39,326 nt of DNA, taken from IMG/VR virus record IMGVR_UViG_3300032302_000077, positions 1 through 39,326 of that record. One strand, given 5' to 3'. Positions 1 through 7,824 of the stretch are shown one piece after another. A program made the position numbers and the translations under genes. The first letter of the stretch is position 1, and every line of letters starts with the position of its first letter. The notes under the pieces were generated by a model, which made no database searches, had not been told where the DNA came from, and saw nothing but the letters and a program-made list of their open reading frames with translations. The stretch comes from a virus. Taxonomy: Duplodnaviria > Caudoviricetes.

Positions 1-123
1 AAAGCAAAGGGAAAAACACTCTGTTTGAAAAGTATAAGCACATCTTATAAACGCACAGGTAAAACGTACAGGTAATTGCCAACCAAGTGTGGCTCACTAT
101 CATAATTCACTATCATATATATC
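1..123. repeat. Terminal redundancy, copy 1 (identical to 39204-39326)
   Basis: Exact 123-bp match between both ends of the window, indicating a circular or terminally redundant assembly. Confidence 0.95.
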
Positions 124-316
124 TATCATATATATATCTTCTTATTTATTTCATAAATAAAGTAGTATTTCTATATATAATATCTTAATATATTTATCTT
201 TTTATATTCCTTACAGAGTAAGAAAGATGGATTTTTCTGGATTTTCAACACAAGGGGTGGTGGTGCTGGTTTGGCTAGGCCACTATGGGCGGTGGTGGCG
301 TTTGGCATATAGGCAC

Positions 317-353
317 AAAAAAACGGGGGAAGGGATTGGAACCCCGCCCCCGC
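317..353 (-). terminator. Rho-independent terminator ending the amidoligase cassette
   Basis: Minus strand GCGGGGGCGGGG-TTCCAAT-CCCTTCCCCCG followed by T7, just after the stop of the 366-659 ORF. Confidence 0.85.
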
Positions 354-365
354 TTGTTGCATCAC

Positions 366-659
366 TTATCCACCTATGCAACACACCCCGCAGTAAAGCC
401 ATTCCTTTACGTCATTTATTTTCAAAGTTCCCGAACAATCACGGGCATAGGGGTTATGATTAATCACCACATACTTCGCTGGTGCTCCACAATCGCCACA
501 TAGCAACGGGATTCCCTCGACAACCTTCCCAGCGTCCACCCCTTTCGTCAGAGTGAACGGCTTGTGGATTGAATGATTTTGCGGTGGCATATCGGGATTG
601 CTGGCAATCTCGACATACGTTCTCTGCTCCTTGTGGTCATAGTAGGCGTTGTGTTTCAT
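366..659 (-). CDS. Hypothetical protein with putative Zn finger
   Basis: 97 aa, CGDC...CGVC; last gene before the terminator. Confidence 0.7.
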   Translation of the reverse strand: MKHNAYYDHKEQRTYVEIASNPDMPPQNHSIHKPFTLTKGVDAGKVVEGIPLLCGDCGAPAKYVVINHNPYARDCSGTLKINDVKEWLYCGVCCIGG

Positions 660-661
660 GT

Positions 662-820
662 TTAATTCTCCCCTGCCCAGACCGCTTCAAAGCACGGCTG
701 GCAAGATATGTAGGACATTCTTAACGCCTCATCTTTTTCCGCTATGTTCGGGAAACGGCGAATACCTTCAGCTTTTTTGCAAGTTTCGCAGATTCCTGCT
801 TGTTGTTTTTTGTCGTCCAT
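662..820 (-). CDS. Small putative Zn-finger protein (52 aa, not in the ORF track)
   Basis: MDDKKQQAGICETCKK...YISCQPCFEAVWAGEN; AAGGAG SD upstream; CxxC...CxxC. Confidence 0.7.
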   Translation of the reverse strand: MDDKKQQAGICETCKKAEGIRRFPNIAEKDEALRMSYISCQPCFEAVWAGEN

Positions 821-837
821 TTGTGTTTTCTCCTTTT

Positions 838-945
838 TTATTTGTTGTTGTTTTTAATATAGCTGACCAGCCCTAAAAAGAGCCATCCCAGCACGATTAA
901 AACTTTGACCCCTGCCCATAGGTCGTTTTGGGTTTGCTGTGTCAT
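838..945 (-). CDS. Small single-pass membrane protein (35 aa)
   Basis: MTQQTQNDLWAGVKVLIVLGWLFLGLVSYIKNNNK; ATG overlaps the GATase stop (ATGA). Confidence 0.6.
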   Translation of the reverse strand: MTQQTQNDLWAGVKVLIVLGWLFLGLVSYIKNNNK

Positions 946-1667
946 TCCCAAGCTCCTTCTGTGGTGTGAAACGATTGCTGTTCCCATTTCTTAATGCTGT
1001 CTGCTTCTATGAGCCTTTCCACGGCATCGTCATCATCAATCGGGACAACTCCCCCAGAGGAGGGAATGATTTGCACGGGCGAGCGTCCGTAGTAGGAGGG
1101 CGGGCAAGTATAACCCCCAGTTTTCCACCAGTCGCTTCCAGTTTTATAGGAAGTATTGGAATACCACACACCCCCAGCCCAATGCCCAGCCGTTTCATTT
1201 ATGATGATGAACTTTCCCGTGTAGCTAAGGAAGCAGAGTTTAGACCCCTTGGCATATTCATGAAGCATTTCCACAAGTGGTGCGGTGATTCCTCCCGTGT
1301 CTCTCACTAGTGGTTGCATCACCTTTTGATTGAAGTGCCAAGTGTCAGAGCGTGTCGGCTTGTCGGCGGTGGATATTGGTAGGCATCCATTATGAATGAA
1401 AGCCAAACCCTTACTCACTCGGAACGGGTGGCAATTCTCCAAGTCTGTCGCCCCGTGCGTGGTGATTCTGGCGTGGATGATAGCAATAGACTTTTCTAAG
1501 CTCATCACCTTATCAATCCACTCTCCCTCCTTCATAGTCTTAAAGGTGCGGAGGCGTTGTCCGTCTGTCCAAGCCACTCCGAACCCGTCTGGATTACTTT
1601 GAGCAGAGTTTTCGAGGTGCTTCCTGCTAATCTTTGCGTTTTTAGTTTTTAGAATTGCTATGCACAT
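942..1667 (-). CDS. Class II glutamine amidotransferase (Ntn-hydrolase)
   Basis: N-terminal MC nucleophile, NPDGFG, HARITTHG, NCHPF, HNG, SDT and WYSN motifs. Confidence 0.9.
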   Translation of the reverse strand: MCIAILKTKNAKISRKHLENSAQSNPDGFGVAWTDGQRLRTFKTMKEGEWIDKVMSLEKSIAIIHARITTHGATDLENCHPFRVSKGLAFIHNGCLPISTADKPTRSDTWHFNQKVMQPLVRDTGGITAPLVEMLHEYAKGSKLCFLSYTGKFIIINETAGHWAGGVWYSNTSYKTGSDWWKTGGYTCPPSYYGRSPVQIIPSSGGVVPIDDDDAVERLIEADSIKKWEQQSFHTTEGAWE

Positions 1668-1699
1668 AGTGTTTTTTCTTTCTTGGTTGGTTGTTGTGT

Positions 1700-2665
1700 T
1701 TAATCTTCTGACCCTTCTTCACTCATCCCGCTTGCGTTGTTGTCGGGATAGAACTTTCGTTTTCTTGCCATAAACCACTCTTTCGCTTCCCGTGGGATTT
1801 CGTTGCAATTCATCATAGCGTCAATCGTGGGAAGTGTGTTCCTGCTCGCACCTACGCAAAGGCTAACCCAATGCTTAATTTTGTCGGCTGATGTCGTCCC
1901 GTTTAAGAGCCTAACTTCTAGCGTCCCGTGTTCGGCGTATGCCTTCCAGTTTATCGCCATATAGCGGTCATAGTTTTCGGGATTCTCCCCAACGGCGTTC
2001 AATTTGCAGTAGGTGTTTCCGATTCTAGAGGGAGGCACGGCAAGTTTTAGCCACGGGAGAGCAGAGACAAGGCGATGGTATCTCCTCCAAGCAGTTGCAC
2101 GGCTGACATTCCTTTGATCTAGATGAAGGTGCAGACCGCAAGTCTTGTTTACTTGTGCTTGTGATAATGATAGTTTTTCGCAGAATGTTTCTAGGCGATT
2201 CTCTGAGACTCCTCGGACATAGACTAGGTTTGCTTCCAAGCCGATATATCCGCTAGGTGGGCAAATACTCCCATCACTAGTTAGTGCAATAAACTTACTG
2301 GTGCGAAGGGTCGGAGCGTTGACCTGCCTTGGCAATAAAAACTCCAGCTCTACCCCTATAAACTCTCCCCTATGGCTTTGAATGTTCAGCAGGTCACGAA
2401 TACTTAGTTCCCTTTGCATCACGGGAACGGCAGGGCGGTGAACCTTTCTTTTTTCCTGCATAGCAGACCAGAGCCAAGCTCCAGCCCGTTGAAAGCTAGG
2501 GATATGTTTTTGAGGGAGTCCCATAGGATAATCGGTGGAGTCGAAGCGAAGCTGTCGCCCCATAAACTTAAGTTTCCTCCCCACCTGCATTTTAACGTCT
2601 AAAGGCAACTGCTGAACATTTAGACCGCCCCAGCGGAGAGCCTTTTTATAGAGTGTGTTTTTCAT
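1700..2665 (-). CDS. Putative amidoligase (COOH-NH2 ligase, glutamine synthetase/GCS-like fold)
   Basis: IGVELEF, DGSI, VNKTCGLHLH, RYMAIN, GTLEVRLLNGT motifs; adjacent to a class II GATase. Confidence 0.85.
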   Translation of the reverse strand: MKNTLYKKALRWGGLNVQQLPLDVKMQVGRKLKFMGRQLRFDSTDYPMGLPQKHIPSFQRAGAWLWSAMQEKRKVHRPAVPVMQRELSIRDLLNIQSHRGEFIGVELEFLLPRQVNAPTLRTSKFIALTSDGSICPPSGYIGLEANLVYVRGVSENRLETFCEKLSLSQAQVNKTCGLHLHLDQRNVSRATAWRRYHRLVSALPWLKLAVPPSRIGNTYCKLNAVGENPENYDRYMAINWKAYAEHGTLEVRLLNGTTSADKIKHWVSLCVGASRNTLPTIDAMMNCNEIPREAKEWFMARKRKFYPDNNASGMSEEGSED

Positions 2666-2674
2666 AGTGTGTTT

Positions 2675-2776
2675 TTATTTCTTTCTAGTTGTTAGGACAT
2701 ATACCGCACCCCAGAAGAATCCTGCTACTCCGCAGAGAATCCCGAAGGTTAGGAATGTCCAGATTTCGTTTTGCAT
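2675..2776 (-). CDS. Small single-pass membrane protein (33 aa), probably leaderless
   Basis: MQNEIWTFLTFGILCGVAGFFWGAVYVLTTRKK; ATG 6 nt after a -10 box. Confidence 0.65.
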   Translation of the reverse strand: MQNEIWTFLTFGILCGVAGFFWGAVYVLTTRKK

Positions 2777-2782
2777 AATGTG

Positions 2783-2811
2783 AAGATACTGGAGAGCGTG
2801 AAGTGTGTCAA
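2783..2811 (-). promoter_or_regulatory. Sigma70-type promoter of the amidoligase cassette
   Basis: TTGACA (2806-2811), 17 bp, TATCTT (2783-2788). Confidence 0.75.
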
Positions 2812-3625
2812 GGGATATTTACTCTCTTTATAAAAAGATTTTAGTGCGTTTCTAGATAGAGGATAGCGGGAAGCGGTGTCGAGCGTTTCTAAGGCCATTT
2901 ACGGCTCACCTTGTCGATTTGAGTTTTTGGCAAGCGAAAAAAGTGATAGAGAAATGATAGTAGGTGTGCTTATGGTTTGCTTATGCTTTTCTAATAGTTA
3001 CAAGGTATAATAAAAAAACACTAAAAAGTTTTTCATGCGTCACGATTGCGAGCGTTACACCATAAGCAAAGCCCAGGGAAACTTTAGGGCCGTCAAACGG
3101 GCCTGGGTTTGGGCCTAGTTTCTGGTTGCATCATGTCGAAAACATTCTTAATCTGTTCACTCCCCTGCGAGAGCCTGTCCAGATTGACCAATTCTTGCCC
3201 GATCTTTTCTTGGTTGCATCATCGTGCAACGGCTGGAGCTGATAGAGTTTCGACACGGCTTCGACCGCTGGAAAAACTCCTAAAAAAGTCGATGGGGGAA
3301 AACGCACCAGTAATTCACGTTAATACTCTCTCAGATTTTTTCACCAAAATCTTAAGCCACCCTAACAAGAGCATTAAACAACCCCACTAAAAAGACCTTC
3401 TCTCTTATAGCCAACCTTTGCCAACTTCAATCAATCCTTATTAAACCTCTGCTCTACAACAGGAAACCTTGTCCATCCTCAACGCTTCCAAATAGCCCCT
3501 ACGACACCCCTATGGCATCCCCCATCCCTCCCTATTATACGTTGTATATCCCCTTTAAATTACTACCTATAAACAAAAAAGCCCTTATATTGACTATAAG
3601 CTACCCTTCTAACTTACAGCACCCC

Positions 3626-3654
3626 TTTACAAACGGGTTTGTACCTAGTATTCT
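3626..3654 (+). promoter_or_regulatory. Sigma70-type promoter of the only plus-strand gene
   Basis: TTTACA (3626-3631), 17 bp, TATTCT (3649-3654), ATG 6 nt later. Confidence 0.65.
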
Positions 3655-3660
3655 ATCCGT

Positions 3661-3933
3661 ATGAAAACACTATTATTAATTTTAACCTTGGTAACCGCAA
3701 CCCTACAGGCTGAAGATAACTGGTCAGAGTTCTTGGGTGTGTCCCATCAGTCCAGAGGCACGACTACAATCGTGAACAACACAGCTTTTACCAGCACAGG
3801 GGTAGTCACTAAAGTCCGTGACACCTATTTTGGAGCTGGTGGAATTACCATTAAGCAGGGCGACAGCTATTATGGCCCTCGTACATATACGACCAAAGTT
3901 GGTAGCGATTACTTTGGTAGCGGGTCTAGGTAA
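3661..3933 (+). CDS. Exported protein with signal peptide
   Basis: MKTLLLILTLVTATLQA-EDN signal-like N-terminus; Thr/Gly-rich repeats (DTYFG, DSYYG, DYFG); own promoter. Confidence 0.7.
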   Translation: MKTLLLILTLVTATLQAEDNWSEFLGVSHQSRGTTTIVNNTAFTSTGVVTKVRDTYFGAGGITIKQGDSYYGPRTYTTKVGSDYFGSGSR

Positions 3934-4234
3934 TAAAGCCTTTAGTAAAGCTTGGGTTGTCCTTAAGCACTTGCCCTAGTGTTGCTTCAAGTGTCTTTAT
4001 GTCCCGTTCAGACAGCTTAACCTCGTAAAGAAAGTTAATAGCTTCAAGCACTTCATGGAGCAAAGTCAGTTGCTTGCTTTGTGGGTCTTGAAGGCTGTTT
4101 ATGAGAATCTGAGTCTTGGGGTATGTCTGGCAGATACCGAACATATCAGAGGAACCTTCGTTCCCCATAAGCTTTTTGTAGGCTGAAGTGGAGTCGTACT
4201 CTACGACCTCAAACTCCAACGGGCCAATCTTCAT
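3926..4234 (-). CDS. Phage protein with zincin-like motif (HExxE variant)
   Basis: FGIC...ILIN...TLLHEVLEAI resembles small phage HExxH proteins. Confidence 0.65.
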   Translation of the reverse strand: MKIGPLEFEVVEYDSTSAYKKLMGNEGSSDMFGICQTYPKTQILINSLQDPQSKQLTLLHEVLEAINFLYEVKLSERDIKTLEATLGQVLKDNPSFTKGFIT

Positions 4235-4485
4235 TGAGGCACATTTACACCAGAAGATTCAGTAGGTATAGTTAAACCAGAAACTCCACGCAATCTAGTT
4301 CTTTTCTGTCTTGCTGGAGAGGACGCTGAAACTGCGTCAGTAGCCAAAGGGCTTGCTGTAGCTTGTGGAACAGAAGCCGTTTGTGCTTGTTGAGCTTCGC
4401 CTAAACCCCGTGCTCTGGCTTGGTCTCTAATTTCTAAAAAAACCCTATCTCGAACAGCAGGAGCATTATTCAATACTGCACACAT
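4231..4485 (-). CDS. gp6.7-like small virion protein, paralog of 27547-27774
   Basis: Likely start MCAVLNN at 4485; basic patch then GLTIP...SGVNVPQ C-terminus. Confidence 0.6.
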   Translation of the reverse strand: MCAVLNNAPAVRDRVFLEIRDQARARGLGEAQQAQTASVPQATASPLATDAVSASSPARQKRTRLRGVSGLTIPTESSGVNVPQ

Positions 4486-4486
4486 A

Positions 4487-4618
4487 TTATTTAGCAAACC
4501 CGCCTGTTTTGTTTTTCATCTTCTTATAAATCTTAAGGTCAATCGTAGAGTTCTTTTTGCTACGGCTAATGCCTAGCTTCTTGCGTTTGTTGATATTGTA
4601 GTAAAGACCTTTTTTCAT
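4487..4618 (-). CDS. Small basic phage protein (43 aa)
   Basis: MKKGLYYNINKRKKLGISRSKKNSTIDLKIYKKMKNKTGGFAK; ATGA-coupled to the upstream ORF. Confidence 0.65.
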   Translation of the reverse strand: MKKGLYYNINKRKKLGISRSKKNSTIDLKIYKKMKNKTGGFAK

Positions 4619-4761
4619 TTACTACGACCTTTTGAGTAAGCAATAGCAAGAATCTGAGCCATGCTACGTTTCTTACCATTAGCACCTCTGGCTCTGCCTT
4701 TTTTCTTATTGTCAGCCATAAGTTCTTTGATGTTCTTTTGAATGTTGAGTCCTAAAGGCAT
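4615..4761 (-). CDS. Small basic phage protein (48 aa)
   Basis: MPLGLNIQKNIKELMADNKKKG...QILAIAYSKGRSK; tightly coupled to the next ORF. Confidence 0.65.
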   Translation of the reverse strand: MPLGLNIQKNIKELMADNKKKGRARGANGKKRSMAQILAIAYSKGRSK

Positions 4762-5101
4762 TTAAGTTTTTTAAATAACTTTATTCATTTTGTAAAGGAC
4801 ATATATCATACATTGGTTATGTAAGTGTTATTATAGAAGTTTAGAATAGGTTATTACTTACTAGTATTTTTTAAAGAATGTATATCTATGATTAATCTCA
4901 TTATTCTAATATATGATTAATCTATATACCCCCTTACCCCCATAAAGTGACCTTAAACTATACCCCCTTAAGATTCGTTTAAGTAAGGAGAATCAGATCG
5001 TCTCCCTCTACTATACAGACAATTCCCATAAGGGAAAACTATAAACTATTAACTATAAATAACTTAAGTCTAGGCTTGTAACAATTCTTTTTTATATTGT
5101 G

Positions 5102-5893
5102 TTACCCCGTAGGGGAGCCACCAGATAGCCTACTGAAAGTCTTATATTCATCATTGTAGCGGTTGATAAGCCCTTTACCAAATAGGTCACCCCATCTACC
5201 TGTCTGGGTGTTACCATTAGCCATCTTGATGCTGTCTGTCTTGTTCCAGTAATGGGTCTTGTCATATAGCTCTCTGGCTTGCCGTAGCTTGGTATGGAAC
5301 TCCCCAGCACTCATTCCATTAAGAACCTTAAGGGCTTCTGGTGAGATGTCTTTACGGCTGTACTCGATCTTGTCAGAGCCTGTACCGATTGAGTTAAGAA
5401 TAGCCCTAGCACCAGAATCACCCCTCATGTGTGCAACAGACATAATGGCTCCAATCATGCCAGCATCTGTAACATTGGGTAGCCCTACGACCTTTAGCTT
5501 TGAAGAAAGCTGGTTAGCTACAGCATTGGTGGCCTGTTCGCTAGTTGCTCCATATTGCTTTACAGCGTTGGTTACTTCTTGGTATCCTGGGTTACCTTCT
5601 CTAAAACCATAAGTTTCTTTACGTCCAGATTGGATGGTAGATACTCCTTCTGCACTCATAATGGCTTTTGCTGAGTCTCTAATGATGCCTGTAATGGAAT
5701 CTACTTGGTTGCTATTTAAGTTCATTTTAAATGCCATTGTAGGCTCATTTTGAGGCATTGTAGAGCTTTTTTGGGAAGCCTGTGGTTGGGTAGGGGTAGT
5801 TTGAGGGGCTTTGGGGGTGGGTAAAGGAGCACTAAAGGATGGAGCAGGTCGTTCCCACTTCATCGTTGATCTGTTAAGAGTCCAATCTGACAT
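5102..5893 (-). CDS. Putative lysozyme/endolysin, GH108-like with PG-binding-type C-terminus
   Basis: AEG...ETYGF resembles GH108 EGG...TxYGI; FGKGLINR resembles the FxxGWxNR C-terminal motif; P/Q/T-rich N-terminal extension. Confidence 0.5.
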   Translation of the reverse strand: MSDWTLNRSTMKWERPAPSFSAPLPTPKAPQTTPTQPQASQKSSTMPQNEPTMAFKMNLNSNQVDSITGIIRDSAKAIMSAEGVSTIQSGRKETYGFREGNPGYQEVTNAVKQYGATSEQATNAVANQLSSKLKVVGLPNVTDAGMIGAIMSVAHMRGDSGARAILNSIGTGSDKIEYSRKDISPEALKVLNGMSAGEFHTKLRQARELYDKTHYWNKTDSIKMANGNTQTGRWGDLFGKGLINRYNDEYKTFSRLSGGSPTG

Positions 5894-5898
5894 AGCTG

Positions 5899-7575
5899 TT
5901 ATCTTGTTATCCAGTTAGATTGTTTAAGTTTTTTGCCAAATACTCCTTCAGCAAATTTAGCCAGCTCTTCGTCTAAAAGTCGATCTTTTTGTTCTACCAA
6001 CGCCAAGTCTGTATCTCTACCCATTTGCTCTACCCAGTACTGGACAGCCATAGCTAAAGCATCGAGTCGGTCATCATTGGATAAAGCACCCCTATCCCTT
6101 GTAATACGGCTCATCTGGTAGAATAGGCTGTATTTGAGTGCGGTGTCTAATCCTCTGGTATCACAATCTGCATAGTCCTTTCGTACTAAATCAGAGTCTA
6201 CTACTAGCTTGTGGCTACTCATAACAGGCTCCAAGACATCAATAATACGAGCTTCTTTCTGTTTGCTATGACGAACTTCTTCTATGTTGCACGGGTGTAT
6301 ACGGGCAAACACGGGTTTGATGAGGCTGGTAAACATACCGCCACCAAAGTTTTCTTCGATAATTACAGCATTTACACCATGCTTTTTGGCTACTTCAGCT
6401 AGAGCCTCTAGGCTTTTAGGGCTATAACCCTCCATTAAACCGCCTATTTCAGCCAAGAATAGCTGTCCGTGAAGCATCTTTACTACTGCATAGGCTGTCT
6501 CATCCCTGCCTTTACCAGAGGGGTCAATGCTCATGCAACAGCCATCGTACTTAACCCAAGGCTCTACTATGCTCATTGGCCTGTAGAACCTGTCTCCGTT
6601 AAGACCAACATTGGGTAATTCGTTCCATGCCAGCTCTGGACTAGATGCCCATACAGCTTTTTGTGGCCCCATGTCTGGGTTAAGGGTCATTACAATCAAG
6701 TCAGACAGCTTAAGTGGGTATCTATTCTGGTCGGACAGGCTGGTGTTTAGCTGGAACTGCAAAGCAAACCCAGAGCGACCATAGCTGGCCTCACGTTCCA
6801 TAAGGTCGGCCTCACTAAACCGCTGGGGGTCTGTGGGTTTGCCTAATAGTGTTGGGTCATTATGAAGTTCGTCCCGCAGATCGACAGCAAAAGAATCACC
6901 ATAAGCTATGCGTTCTGTTTCTGTTGGGTAACGGCTAGGCCATACGCAGGTCTTAAAGCCTCGCTCTGGAAGCATCTTGTAAATACTATTGTAGCTCTGC
7001 GGGGTTCCCAAGTAGATCACCTTGCTGGTTTCCAGAGGCTTGATAACCGCATCAAACTCCTTGATTGTTTCCGACAACTTGTGACGCATCCCTTCGGTAG
7101 CAGAGTTGTTAAGAACTTCTACGTCATCTGCAATAATCACATCAGCTCGGCTACCTGTAATTTGTCCTGTAATACCAATGCTCTTGACGCTGGGAGCCTG
7201 TGAAGCTGGAGCACCATTAATATCAAAAGCAACCTTGGAGCAACGCTGTTCTTCGGTGGGCTTAAGGTGTTCAAGCACGGGCATTTCGCTTAAGAGACGT
7301 AAACAGAAAGTAGAGAAATCGTCAGAACGGCTTTTGCTGGCCGAGATAACCAAGAAGTTCAGCTTGGGGTCAAGAAGAAGCCTCCATAGGACATACCCAG
7401 CAGATACATAACTTTTACCACACCCTCGGAAGGCTTGGATAACGCACCGCTTTGGCCCGTGCTGAAGGTACTCTGCAATCTGGTATTGAACCTTTGTAGG
7501 AGTAGGGAGACCTAGATGCCCCCAAGCCATGTATAAAAAATTACGAAAGTCTTTTAGTCTGGGGTCTAGTTGCAT
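5899..7575 (-). CDS. terL: Terminase large subunit (T7 gp19-like)
   Basis: QAFRGCGKS Walker A, GSRADVIIADDVE, IDPSGKGRDET and DDRLDALA nuclease motifs. Confidence 0.97.
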   Translation of the reverse strand: MQLDPRLKDFRNFLYMAWGHLGLPTPTKVQYQIAEYLQHGPKRCVIQAFRGCGKSYVSAGYVLWRLLLDPKLNFLVISASKSRSDDFSTFCLRLLSEMPVLEHLKPTEEQRCSKVAFDINGAPASQAPSVKSIGITGQITGSRADVIIADDVEVLNNSATEGMRHKLSETIKEFDAVIKPLETSKVIYLGTPQSYNSIYKMLPERGFKTCVWPSRYPTETERIAYGDSFAVDLRDELHNDPTLLGKPTDPQRFSEADLMEREASYGRSGFALQFQLNTSLSDQNRYPLKLSDLIVMTLNPDMGPQKAVWASSPELAWNELPNVGLNGDRFYRPMSIVEPWVKYDGCCMSIDPSGKGRDETAYAVVKMLHGQLFLAEIGGLMEGYSPKSLEALAEVAKKHGVNAVIIEENFGGGMFTSLIKPVFARIHPCNIEEVRHSKQKEARIIDVLEPVMSSHKLVVDSDLVRKDYADCDTRGLDTALKYSLFYQMSRITRDRGALSNDDRLDALAMAVQYWVEQMGRDTDLALVEQKDRLLDEELAKFAEGVFGKKLKQSNWITR

Positions 7576-7599
7576 GAACCGCCTTGTGTTTTACTGAGC

Positions 7600-7824
7600 T
7601 TAGTGTTTGGCTCTGTTGTATTTAATAGAAGTAATCCTAAGATTGGAGCTAGAGTTATTCATAGGGTTTCCGTCTTTGTGGTCAATATCTTTGCCTTTAA
7701 CCTTTGATTTACCATACTTACGAATCATTAATCTTCGAGCAGAATTGCGTTTAGCCCTATGTTTAATCTGCAAAGGGTTGCCGTGGTAGTCTCTATATTC
7801 TTTCTTATAATCCCGTGCTTTCAT
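7600..7824 (-). CDS. Small HNH endonuclease
   Basis: DIDHKDGNPMNN...NLR...NR motif; between terminase subunits. Confidence 0.85.
   Translation of the reverse strand: MKARDYKKEYRDYHGNPLQIKHRAKRNSARRLMIRKYGKSKVKGKDIDHKDGNPMNNSSSNLRITSIKYNRAKH

Noticed and set aside
91-117. CTCACTAT resembles the T7 promoter core
   Set aside because: On the non-coding strand and lacks the rest of the consensus; no repeated phage-RNAP promoter could be identified by eye
324-346. GGGGTTCCAATCCC resembles a tRNA T-arm (possible attP core)
   Set aside because: T-loop deviates from TTCRAAT, no acceptor or CCA end; fully explained as the terminator hairpin
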